In this document: positions 8,024 through 16,189 of the stretch, one piece after another | How positions within the stretch are numbered: the stretch's first letter is position 1 | Layout of the letters: each line of letters opens with the position of its first letter | Source of the DNA: Candidatus Bathyarchaeia archaeon | GTDB taxonomy: Archaea > Thermoproteota > Bathyarchaeia > 40CM-2-53-6 | Direction of reading: 5' to 3' | NCBI GenBank assembly: GCA_049517415.1 | Contig: JBEKSC010000032.1 | Span: 1 to 23,275 of the forward strand | Length of the DNA stretch: 23,275 nt | The notes under the pieces: generated by a model | The model's database searches: none | The model's input: the letters and a program-made list of their open reading frames with translations, nothing else | What the model was told of the DNA's origin: nothing | Translations under genes and position numbers: made by a program

Positions 8024-8715
8024 GCCCGGCTGGCCAAGACCATGGCATGGTCTTTCTCGTACGGTTCCAAACGTACGGTCTGAAGGATGTCGAAATGCCT
8101 AGCGCGAAGTATCCCGGTCTCTTGTTTGAAAACGTCGGTGGGCTCCATGGTGACGTCGACGCTTCTTGACTTTATCGCAATCAGGACTGAACCCTTTGGT
8201 TTTAGGAATAGGTCAGCGTTGTCCGCCAATATTTTCGCTTGTTCTGGTTGAGCGACGTCTGAATAGATTACATCCACTCGGTCCACCAAGGTTTTGTATT
8301 TTTCCGGTAAACGTGCGTCTGCCATGATGGGGTAGACATTGGAGCGATGCTGACATAGCGTGTCTATTAGCTCCCGCATACTTCTTTGCGCGAATTCTAC
8401 GCAATACACCCTTCCGTGTTCCTGGACAATGTCGCTGACATGGCTCGCTGTAGTACCCGATGCGGACCCTAAGTATAATACGGCAGTGCCTGGCTTGATG
8501 GGAAGTGAGTTGATGTTGCGAAGAATCGCGGCGGCCAGTTTGCTCCGGTAAGCATCCCACGTTCTGAATTCAGCGCCGCCGCTTTCGATTAGTTGTTCCC
8601 CATAGACGCTGATGCCCGGTGCTAGGTTCTTCGTTGCGAGGCGCTTGCTTCCTTCTTCGAGGGTTACCCAGTAGACGCCCTCGAAAGGGTCGTGCGGCCT
8701 AACGTTTCCGGCCAA
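8020..8715 (-). CDS. flpA: Fibrillarin-like rRNA/tRNA 2'-O-methyltransferase
   Basis: ATKNLAPGISVYGE, YRSKLAAAI, VLYLGSASGTTASHVSDI, DVAQPEQA and LEPYEKDHAM motifs. Confidence 0.97.
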   Translation of the reverse strand: MAGNVRPHDPFEGVYWVTLEEGSKRLATKNLAPGISVYGEQLIESGGAEFRTWDAYRSKLAAAILRNINSLPIKPGTAVLYLGSASGTTASHVSDIVQEHGRVYCVEFAQRSMRELIDTLCQHRSNVYPIMADARLPEKYKTLVDRVDVIYSDVAQPEQAKILADNADLFLKPKGSVLIAIKSRSVDVTMEPTDVFKQETGILRARHFDILQTVRLEPYEKDHAMVLASRA

Positions 8716-9916
8716 CGTCTCTCTTCTTCAGTGGAGGTGGCGTCTTGTAGCGTTCCTTTATCTCAGCGATTTTTCTGTCGACATCTTCTCTCAACTTTTG
8801 ACCGAGGAAGTCGCCGCCGAAGGCATCAATCCTGGCAGCAATGCTAAGTTTCCCAGATAGAGCCCTAGCGATTTTTCCTCGTTGCCATCGGGGCCCTTGA
8901 TGTATGGCAGTGTGCTGGAAAATCACGCCGTGTTTGGGCGGCCTGGCGCCTGTCTTCAATGAGCGGAAGAGTGCTTTTTCTGCACCGAGGACTTGCAGAG
9001 TGCTCGACGGCATTTTCGAGAGGTTGTCGAGGCTTCCCGCGATCGAGATCAACCTCGCCGTAAGGGGTGCTCCCACAATGGCGGTCATGTTGGGAGCTAT
9101 TTGTTTGAGAACCTCCTCAACGTACGCTTCGCTTTTGGCTCTGAATTTGTAGAGGTCAAGCATGAGTTCGCAGAAGGACTGAAGCACCGCTAGGTCAGGC
9201 TCGCTGATTTCGGCGCCCATGGATCTCCTTGCGGCGTCGGTGCGTTCCTCTGCTCTCTCTTTCGGGATGCCCTCGGCTACTAGCTTTTCGTAGGTGAAAT
9301 TCCTACGATTTCCAAGTTTTGCAACTAGCCGTGCGTATGCGTCATGTTTGTCTACCATCCTGTCCATTTCTGGGAAGTGGAGCCCAAACCATTCGCGTAC
9401 GCGCCCTGCAAGCAGGTTCAAGACCTTATCCACGTCGTCCATTGCGCGGACGGCTTGTACCGCGCTCAGGTCACGCCTGGCTGCCGCAACCGCAATTCCA
9501 GCCCGTGCGAGCTGCAAAGTGACCTGTCGAGTGAAATCATTGTAGGCTTGGGGGGTTTTGAGAATAGGTGATTCGAGGGATTGTTTCTTCAACCAATCCT
9601 CACGGCCTTCCCACTCGGAGCCTAGTTGAGTGCGAAATTGCTCAGCAACCGGGGAGGTCTTGACCACTGTCTTCAGTTTTTCTCCTTTCGCAGCGCTTCT
9701 TGCGAGCTGTTCATTCTCGAATACCAAGGGGCTGTGCTTCTTGGCGGCCCGTTTAAGGGCCTCAACAACTTCCTTTGAGGGCTTACCATCCAGTAACTCC
9801 TTGAGTTCGACGGCTGCAGTTTCCGGTTTAGGTGAGAAGTAGACTTTCTCGAGTACCGTTGACTTTTCATCTAATATGAAAAGGCCAGCGGGCGTTTCAA
9901 CTACATATGCTTCCAA
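8699..9916 (-). CDS. nop5: Box C/D RNP protein Nop5 (Nop56/58)
   Basis: REWFGLHFPE, IAPNMTAIVGAPL, QVLGAEKALFRSLKTGARPPKHGVIFQH and RGKIARAL motifs. Confidence 0.97.
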   Translation of the reverse strand: MEAYVVETPAGLFILDEKSTVLEKVYFSPKPETAAVELKELLDGKPSKEVVEALKRAAKKHSPLVFENEQLARSAAKGEKLKTVVKTSPVAEQFRTQLGSEWEGREDWLKKQSLESPILKTPQAYNDFTRQVTLQLARAGIAVAAARRDLSAVQAVRAMDDVDKVLNLLAGRVREWFGLHFPEMDRMVDKHDAYARLVAKLGNRRNFTYEKLVAEGIPKERAEERTDAARRSMGAEISEPDLAVLQSFCELMLDLYKFRAKSEAYVEEVLKQIAPNMTAIVGAPLTARLISIAGSLDNLSKMPSSTLQVLGAEKALFRSLKTGARPPKHGVIFQHTAIHQGPRWQRGKIARALSGKLSIAARIDAFGGDFLGQKLREDVDRKIAEIKERYKTPPPLKKRDVGRKR

Positions 9917-10066
9917 ACGAACTATCTCCCATGCCAGTCAAGGTGAAGCTTGAGCTTTGGGAGTCGGTAAACGACCGCGAGTTGAATAAAGCTTTGTCAG
10001 GTCCTAACAGGCCTTGGATTTTGCCTGAGGCTTTGCCGTTTAGGTTACTCTTCTGCTTGACCTGAC

Positions 10067-11047
10067 CTAGCGGGCTGTGCCGTTGGTGAGTATTTTTGCA
10101 AGTTGGTTGGGTTCTATGTTTCCCCCGCTAAGAAGCAATGCTACCTTCTTTCCTTCCAGTCGTTTTCTTATTTTGAAAGCTGCGGCGGTTGAGGCTGCGC
10201 CGGAGAGTTCAGCGACTTGGCCTGTCGCAGAGAAAATGCTTCGCACGGCCTCTTTCATTTCGGCGTCAGATACTAGGATGACGTCATCGAGGGCTTTCCT
10301 AAGGATCTTGAACGGGAGTTCGTATGCCTTTGCTGTTGCCATTCCTTCAGCCGCCGTGTTCACCTGGTCTATCTGCATGATAACGCCGCCTTTCCATGAG
10401 TTGTAGAATGCTGGTGCTCCTTCCGCTTGTACGCCGATTACTGTGATTTGGGGGTTAAGTGTCTTGTAGACTATGCATGCGCCGGACGCTCCGGAACCGC
10501 CGCCGATGGGATTGATGACCACGTCAACCCCAGGTTGCTCCTCGAAGATCTCGAGGTGCATTGTGGCGACGCCTTCATGAAGCAACGGTTCGTTGCTCCC
10601 GTGAACATAGACGTATCCCTTCTGAGTTGCCAGCTTCTCAGCGTACTCTCTGGCTTCATCGTAATAATTGCCGTACGTGATTACTTCGGCGCCTAGTTCT
10701 TTGATAGCTTGGGCTTTCACCTCGGGAATTCCAGCGGGCATGACGATCTTGACTTCAATGCCGAAGAGAGAACCCGCGTAAGCTATGGATTGAGCGTGAT
10801 TACCCGTTGAAGCTGTGATGACTGTCTTGCCCGCGGTTTGTTGCTTCATTCTCTCCATGTAATTTATCCCCCCACGGACTTTGAAAGCTCGCGTTGGCTG
10901 GAGATTTTCGAGTTTCAAGTACAGTTGACAGCCTAGAAGCTTCGAAAGATGCCGCGAATAGAAGAGCGGCGTTGGTTTCAAATAGGTACTGATCACTTTT
11001 CTCGCGGCATAAACATCCCTCAGAGTTGGAATCCGTTCAGAACTCAT
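10067..11047 (-). CDS. PLP-dependent threonine/serine dehydratase (fold type II, no ACT domain)
   Basis: LKLENLQPTRAFKVRGG, ASTGNHAQ, PIGGGSG and LSGGN motifs; 326 aa. Confidence 0.9.
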   Translation of the reverse strand: MSSERIPTLRDVYAARKVISTYLKPTPLFYSRHLSKLLGCQLYLKLENLQPTRAFKVRGGINYMERMKQQTAGKTVITASTGNHAQSIAYAGSLFGIEVKIVMPAGIPEVKAQAIKELGAEVITYGNYYDEAREYAEKLATQKGYVYVHGSNEPLLHEGVATMHLEIFEEQPGVDVVINPIGGGSGASGACIVYKTLNPQITVIGVQAEGAPAFYNSWKGGVIMQIDQVNTAAEGMATAKAYELPFKILRKALDDVILVSDAEMKEAVRSIFSATGQVAELSGAASTAAAFKIRKRLEGKKVALLLSGGNIEPNQLAKILTNGTAR

Positions 11048-11131
11048 TTTTTCTCACGGCTGATGACCATGGATTGCTGATGAAGATTTCCTATGTGGAA
11101 ACGTTGCTGAAAGCTTGTCTGCCTGTGACCT

Positions 11132-11419
11132 TTAAGGTTGGTTCGAACGTCTTTCTTCTACGAGGTGAGATTTCTCAGCGTGAGTTAACGATTTGACCTG
11201 TCGTTCTCGTTTCATTGCAGCACTGCGTGTCTCAAGTTCTTGGAGGTAGACGATGCCGCTTGGTTTGTGCATTCTCGTGTACCGTGCACCTTGCCCTTTC
11301 ATATGCCTGACGAGCCTGCTAGCAGGATTGTTTGAATACCCTGTGTAATAGCTGCCATCATTGCAGAGAAGAACATAGACAAAATACGAGTCCTTCCTCG
11401 CCCCCATCTTCCACGCCAT
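11132..11419 (-). CDS. Stand-alone GIY-YIG nuclease family protein (UPF0213-like)
   Basis: YFVYVLLCNDGSYYTGYS...RLVRH..GQGARYTR...AMKRERQVK motifs. Confidence 0.9.
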   Translation of the reverse strand: MAWKMGARKDSYFVYVLLCNDGSYYTGYSNNPASRLVRHMKGQGARYTRMHKPSGIVYLQELETRSAAMKRERQVKSLTHAEKSHLVEERRSNQP

Positions 11420-11641
11420 ACCCTAAACCCCGTTACTGTGCCCATCTTTAGCCTCATTATACTTCTTAGCAAGGTTGTGTGGGTCGCAAGTTTGCCAATT
11501 GGGTAAAAGCACGTCGCCCATGTTAGAGTCAACGACAAATTTGCAGGCCCAACCTGAACGATTTCTCGTATTCGATTACCGGGAGGAAGCTTTCTAGGCC
11601 TCCCAACAAAACACTTGCAAGAACCATTGGTGATCTAAAGG

Positions 11642-12007
11642 TTGGTAAGAACACCGAAGCATCTGTGGGTTAAGGAATTCCCTGCAGCCATCACCGTATG
11701 CGATTCAAGGGGAGTTCTCTTGGAAATGAACGCCAAATCCGCGGCAAACTTCATGGAGGAAGGTGGCGAGAGATTGATTGGCAAGAAAATATTCGACTGC
11801 CACCCAGAGCCGGCTCGAGCGAAATTCCGCAAACTTCTGCGCAGAAGACTGACCAACGTGTACACCGTCGAGAAGCGAGGCAAACGAAAGCTAATCTACC
11901 AAGCCCCATGGTACAAAGCAGGAAAATACCGAGGTCTCGTGGAACTCTCCCTCGAAATCCCACGCCACATTCCCAATTTTAACCGAGACCGTCAGAATCG
12001 ACGATGA
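11642..12007 (+). CDS. Stand-alone PAS-domain protein
   Basis: AITVCDSRGVLLEMN and LIGKKIFDCHPEPA motifs; GGTGA RBS before the TTG start. Confidence 0.8.
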   Translation: MVRTPKHLWVKEFPAAITVCDSRGVLLEMNAKSAANFMEEGGERLIGKKIFDCHPEPARAKFRKLLRRRLTNVYTVEKRGKRKLIYQAPWYKAGKYRGLVELSLEIPRHIPNFNRDRQNRR

Positions 12008-12136
12008 CCCGCACAATTACGGAAGGGTGGCGCATAGTAGTCTCCTGCTTGCTACTATATTGTAGGTGAGATCTGTTGTCTCATGTTGTCGTTTAGTCGC
12101 TATTTCGCCGTATTCTACGAAACGGTTCGCAGCTCT

Positions 12137-12820
12137 TTAGTGGTGGTGATGATAGTTGTTGCAGGAGGTTTGGTAGGGGTAGTTGCCATTTTGGTGGTAG
12201 CAAATGGGGTGGTAATTCGGGTAGCAGTATGAGGCTTGGTTGCAGTAGTATTGATAGCAGTTGGAGTTCTGGTAGCAGTTTTCGTTCTGGTAGTTACCGT
12301 AACAGTTGTAATTCATGTAACAATTCCCGTTAGCGTTCGGGTAGCCATTCTGGTAGCTAACGTTCAATGTCACCATTTGACCTGCCGTCGCTAGTAGTTG
12401 CCCATTTCCATTTCCGTAGTTACTATATTGCCCGCCGTAGACCGACACCATGATTCGTAGTTGATGGCCGATGATCGAGGGAGGCAAGCTGAAGGAGAGT
12501 TGCCCCGTGTAGGTGTTGCCTCCGTAGGTTGTGGTCAACATTGTGCTCACGGAGCCCAAGTCAGCATTCGCTGACGTGTCGAATACGTCTCCAACCGCGT
12601 ACAATTGGCCGCCGTAGAAAGAGCAAGAAGCTGACACTGGCGTATTTATCCCGATATACGAGTTGTAATAGTGCTGAGTCGATGTGAGGCTGGACGAACC
12701 TAGCGAAGCGTCACACGTTTGCGCAAACACCAAAGAACTTTGTCCAGCAAAACCAACGCTTGCGGTCAACAAGAAAGCCAAAATGAAGATTCCGCTGTGA
12801 CGTGCCATCAAGCCTGTCAT
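12137..12820 (-). CDS. Secreted hypothetical protein with an Asn/Tyr/Cys/Gln-rich repetitive tail ending in HHHH
   Basis: Signal-peptide-like N-terminus (GIFILAFLLTASVGFAG...VFAQ), a beta-strand-like central part and four NCY units in the tail. Confidence 0.75.
   Translation of the reverse strand: MTGLMARHSGIFILAFLLTASVGFAGQSSLVFAQTCDASLGSSSLTSTQHYYNSYIGINTPVSASCSFYGGQLYAVGDVFDTSANADLGSVSTMLTTTYGGNTYTGQLSFSLPPSIIGHQLRIMVSVYGGQYSNYGNGNGQLLATAGQMVTLNVSYQNGYPNANGNCYMNYNCYGNYQNENCYQNSNCYQYYCNQASYCYPNYHPICYHQNGNYPYQTSCNNYHHHH
12257..12292. repeat. 18-bp tandem duplication inside the NCY tail (YQNENC/YQNSNC)
   Basis: GCAGTTGGAGTTCTGGTA followed by GCAGTTTTCGTTCTGGTA (15/18 identical). Confidence 0.7.
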
Positions 12821-12928
12821 TCCCTATTGGCCAACTTGGGTGATGCGGGGGCTCTTAATCTCATGTGGAACCATTCCACCTTGCGCATGGTTTTTCGACA
12901 AAGTAGAAATCTAGACTTTACAATCGAC

Positions 12929-14482
12929 TCAAGCTCGTGTATGGAAATTCTTCTCGGCTTGATAGCCGGTCTTGCCTCCAACCATCGTCAGGAGAAGTCG
13001 GATTTCAGAGATCTTTGATGGTGGCACTTTCTCAGGGTCCTCGTCGAGGATGACTAGGTCCGCGAGTTTTCCGGGTGCAATTGTTCCTTTCGACTTTTCT
13101 TCGAATGAGGCGTACGCTGCGTTGCGAGTGTAGAATGAGATTGCATCTTCGGCGGTTACCGCTTCAGTACCCGGCCTGTTGACTGCTGCCTCGATGCCAG
13201 ATAGTGGCGTTAATGGTTCAACTGGGCAGTCGGAGCCCCCGACTATTATGATTCCAGCTTGAAGTAGACTGTGGAATGGGTAGGCGAGGGAAGCTCGCCG
13301 TGCGCCCAGCCTCTGCTCGAGCCAAATGTCGGACACAATGAAGTGGGGTTGAACTGAAGCCACAACCCCAGCCTGCTTTATCTGCCTGATGAGCTGGGTG
13401 TTGAGGATTGATGCGTGCTCGATTCGGTGCCGAAGGTTCTTTCTCGGAGCCGATTCACTTGCTTTCTTAATTGCATGAAGGATCATTGCGGCCGCCTTAT
13501 CGCCGATCGCGTGTGCTGCAATTTGAAAACCTGACCGATGGGCTTCTGAAATTATGTCGTCAAGTTGTTGTTGGCTGTACATGGTGACGCCTTGATTTTC
13601 AGGGTCGTCGGCGTAAGGGGCTTCGAGCGCTGCTGTTCGCGCCCCGAGCGAACCGTCCGTGAATATCTTCACAGCCCCGATGCGAATCCATTCATCCCCA
13701 AACCCCGAACCAATGCCTAGAGACACTGCTGCCTTCAGCTGGTCGAGAGGGATGAGCACGTGAAAGCGAAGTGGAAGCCGCCCCTCAGACTTCAGGTTGA
13801 GCAGTGCTTTCAGTTCCAAGTATGAACCGGTAATGCAATGAACTGTTGTCAATCCCGCCTTCAGCGCATGCTCGCACGCGTTGAGGGCAGCCTGCTCATA
13901 GTCCTTCAGTTCAAGCGGGGGAATCGCCTGACTTACTAGGTCAACCGCGCTCTCGCGAAGTATACCTGTCGGCTCACCTGATGCGTCATGGTCAATGATT
14001 CCGCCGGGAGGGTTTGGTGTCCTGGCGCTGACGGCCGCTAAGGTGAGAGCCGCGGAGTTTGCAACGCAGATGTGGCCGCAAATCCGTCTGAGAAAGACTG
14101 GCTTTTCTGGTGAAGCCTCATCAAGGTCTCTGCGAGTCGGATACCTTTTTTCAGTAAATTTCTCTTGATCCCAACCTCGTCCCAGAACCCATGTCCTTGA
14201 CCCATGAGTTCGTTCTGCAACTGTCTTCTTCACTTCTTCGATGCTTTGCGCTTGTCGAAGGTCTATGTTTCTTAGGGAAAGGCCGTATTCGATTAGGTGA
14301 ATGTGGCAATCGGTAAATCCAGGGAGGACCGTTGCGCCGTTTAGGTTGAGAACCTTGGTATCCGGACCTGCGAGCGATTTTATCTGTAGGTTGCTTCCCA
14401 CGGCTACGACTCTATCTGCCGTGATTGCTATTGCTTCAGCTTGTGGTCGGGCAACATCCATCGTAAGGACGTTGCAGTTCAA
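12929..14482 (-). CDS. Amidohydrolase 3 family (YtcJ-like) metal-dependent hydrolase; start uncertain
   Basis: [49 protein letters not shown] and GKLADLVIL motifs. The first 57 or so residues of the tracked ORF overlap another gene. Confidence 0.92.
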   Translation of the reverse strand: MNCNVLTMDVARPQAEAIAITADRVVAVGSNLQIKSLAGPDTKVLNLNGATVLPGFTDCHIHLIEYGLSLRNIDLRQAQSIEEVKKTVAERTHGSRTWVLGRGWDQEKFTEKRYPTRRDLDEASPEKPVFLRRICGHICVANSAALTLAAVSARTPNPPGGIIDHDASGEPTGILRESAVDLVSQAIPPLELKDYEQAALNACEHALKAGLTTVHCITGSYLELKALLNLKSEGRLPLRFHVLIPLDQLKAAVSLGIGSGFGDEWIRIGAVKIFTDGSLGARTAALEAPYADDPENQGVTMYSQQQLDDIISEAHRSGFQIAAHAIGDKAAAMILHAIKKASESAPRKNLRHRIEHASILNTQLIRQIKQAGVVASVQPHFIVSDIWLEQRLGARRASLAYPFHSLLQAGIIIVGGSDCPVEPLTPLSGIEAAVNRPGTEAVTAEDAISFYTRNAAYASFEEKSKGTIAPGKLADLVILDEDPEKVPPSKISEIRLLLTMVGGKTGYQAEKNFHTRA

Positions 14483-14516
14483 GAAAACTAAGGATGGGTT
14501 AAGTGAGGTTTGGGGC

Positions 14517-14687
14517 CTACTTTTGTTTCTTAGTGGCCGCTTTCCATGACGTAATGACTTTCTTGATTTCTCTGGGCCACTCAATTTGCCCGCCGCATGT
14601 GTCGCAGTATTTGGCCTGGAGAAAAACTTCCTGTTTACAGTTTTCGCAGAAGAACCTACGTTGCTGCTGCTCAACTCTCTGAGCCAC
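14517..14687 (-). CDS. 56-aa zinc-ribbon microprotein with two CxxC pairs (not in ORF track)
   Basis: GTG start; MAQRVEQQQRRFFCENCKQEVFLQAKYCDTCGGQIEWPREIKKVITSWKAATKKQK*; CxxC-x10-CxxCG..IEW pattern. Confidence 0.75.
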   Translation of the reverse strand: MAQRVEQQQRRFFCENCKQEVFLQAKYCDTCGGQIEWPREIKKVITSWKAATKKQK

Positions 14688-14922
14688 TGGTTTTCGCAGT
14701 TGCAGTTTCTCGGTTAGTGTTATTACCTAAACCCCCAGCGCTCGAGAATACGGTTCAGGTCCAGATATGTTCCTTTACACCGTTTTGGGCTCAAAAACCG
14801 CTGAATTAGGATTCAGGCCTACACAGCAATATTGCAAAGGATATGCATGAGTCGTGTACGGCTAAAAATCAGGCAACAATAATTGTAGCCCATTACTTCC
14901 TCCAGACGGGTTTTGAATCGGC

Positions 14923-15195
14923 TTGTCGGGTCTCAAAGAGTACAGGCAAGGAACGTTCCATAAACGAGTGGCGTATGGCCTTAGGGACCGGAAGCTTATG
15001 CTCGTCGCAAGGGGAATTCTGAAGGGCTTCAAGGTTCGTTGCAGGACTGAGAACGCGGCCAAAAACCTGGCTTACTCACTAAGAATTAGGGCGACGCGGA
15101 TCATGGCGGAGGATTACGCCAGGTTCGGCTTGAAAGTTAAGGTGGAGGGGAGTAAAGTCTTCGTCTTCGGAACGCCCAAGCACAGAACACGCTAG
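14923..15195 (+). CDS. Small basic hypothetical protein
   Basis: 90-aa Arg/Lys-rich ORF with an alternating alpha/beta-like pattern; TTG start. Confidence 0.6.
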   Translation: MSGLKEYRQGTFHKRVAYGLRDRKLMLVARGILKGFKVRCRTENAAKNLAYSLRIRATRIMAEDYARFGLKVKVEGSKVFVFGTPKHRTR

Positions 15196-15264
15196 CTCTT
15201 CACGAGATTTTCGAGATATGAAAACTCTTAAATGCTTCCAGCGCGTGGCTTACATTGAATCGCA

Positions 15265-15564
15265 ATGAAGTTCATGATAGAATTCAACCCGCCTGTTGAC
15301 TTCAAGAACGAAATGGAGAACCGCCCCGATCTGCAGAAGAAAGTTGGAGCGGCAATCCAAGCCATCAAACCTGTCGCGGGCTGGTTCACATTCCGTTACG
15401 GCTTCATCATAGTCGAAGCGAACACTACGGAGGAGCTTACCCGAAAGGTTGCCCCAATTCTCCATCTCTTCAAGGTAGACGCGAAGATCTCACCCGCGAT
15501 CCCACTGGAAGACTTTCCAAAGGTCGTTGCGACCCTAGGGGAAGAAGCAAAGAAGTACGAGTAA
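15265..15564 (+). CDS. Small alpha/beta protein, DUF3303/GYD-like
   Basis: MKFMIEF...AGWFT.RYGFIIVEANT.EEL...KISPAI pattern; GAAAACT-CTTAAAT BRE/TATA element upstream. Confidence 0.7.
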   Translation: MKFMIEFNPPVDFKNEMENRPDLQKKVGAAIQAIKPVAGWFTFRYGFIIVEANTTEELTRKVAPILHLFKVDAKISPAIPLEDFPKVVATLGEEAKKYE

Positions 15565-15681
15565 CACCCGAACCGCATGCCGGTCCCTTCGGGGCAGCGT
15601 ACCTGGCAGAGACGGTTACCCAGGTAACTTGACCGATATTCATAAACCACTAACCACACCTATTGTTAGTTGGCGTGATTC

Positions 15682-15873
15682 TTGCCTGACAATCTATGGT
15701 TGAGCGATTACGAGACACGAGAGGTCACGTGCCCCTTCGACCAGAAAGTCTGCTTAGAGTGCGAGTTCGCCGAACGCCTCGCGCTTACCGGAGTGCCCGT
15801 CGACTGCAAGCGAGGCCATATTGAGAAAGTAAAATCACTCTGGTACTACATGTTCAAAGGATACAAACAATAG
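15682..15873 (+). CDS. 63-aa Cys-rich hypothetical protein
   Basis: CPF-x4-CxxC-x14-CxxxH pattern; GTGA upstream of the TTG start. Confidence 0.6.
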   Translation: MPDNLWLSDYETREVTCPFDQKVCLECEFAERLALTGVPVDCKRGHIEKVKSLWYYMFKGYKQ

Positions 15874-15963
15874 CGACGGGTCCCCCGAACACCTTCCTCA
15901 AAACTTGCACAATTCGAAGAAAGGCCTTTAAACAGTAATTGGGTTTTCTCTGGTTGAAGCAAA

Positions 15964-16158
15964 ATGAGCACTAAAGCGAAATCGATTCTTGCAATATTGA
16001 TGGGCATAGTAATCATCGTAATGGACATATTCTGGTTAGTCTACCCGGTTAGCGGCTTTTACAGCTACCAAGCATTGCCTTGGCTGGCCGCAGGCATAGT
16101 AATCCTGATCGCCAGCATAATCTGGATAGTTCTCGACTTCAGCCTCATGGAAAAGTAG
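15964..16158 (+). CDS. Small membrane protein with two transmembrane segments
   Basis: Two hydrophobic segments of about 20 aa each; upstream GAAAGGC-CTTTAAA promoter-like motif. Confidence 0.7.
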   Translation: MSTKAKSILAILMGIVIIVMDIFWLVYPVSGFYSYQALPWLAAGIVILIASIIWIVLDFSLMEK

Positions 16159-16189
16159 CCGTTGTCTTAACCTAAGCATCGCCGGAAAG

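Noticed and set aside
11132..11419. GIY-YIG protein as a homing endonuclease or mobile element
   Set aside because: It is the short stand-alone UPF0213-type domain, with no intron, flanking repeats or DNA-binding extension.
11420..11641. Short ORFs between the GIY-YIG and PAS genes (for example MLESTTNLQ..., 25 aa)
   Set aside because: No RBS or motif support; the region is likely a divergent promoter.
12137..12360. NCY tail as a RiPP precursor
   Set aside because: It is fused to a secreted folded domain, and no radical SAM, YcaO, P450 or peptide transporter gene is nearby.
14504..14674. Basic N-terminal extension of the 581-aa amidohydrolase ORF
   Set aside because: Better explained as the shadow frame of an overlapping zinc-ribbon gene.
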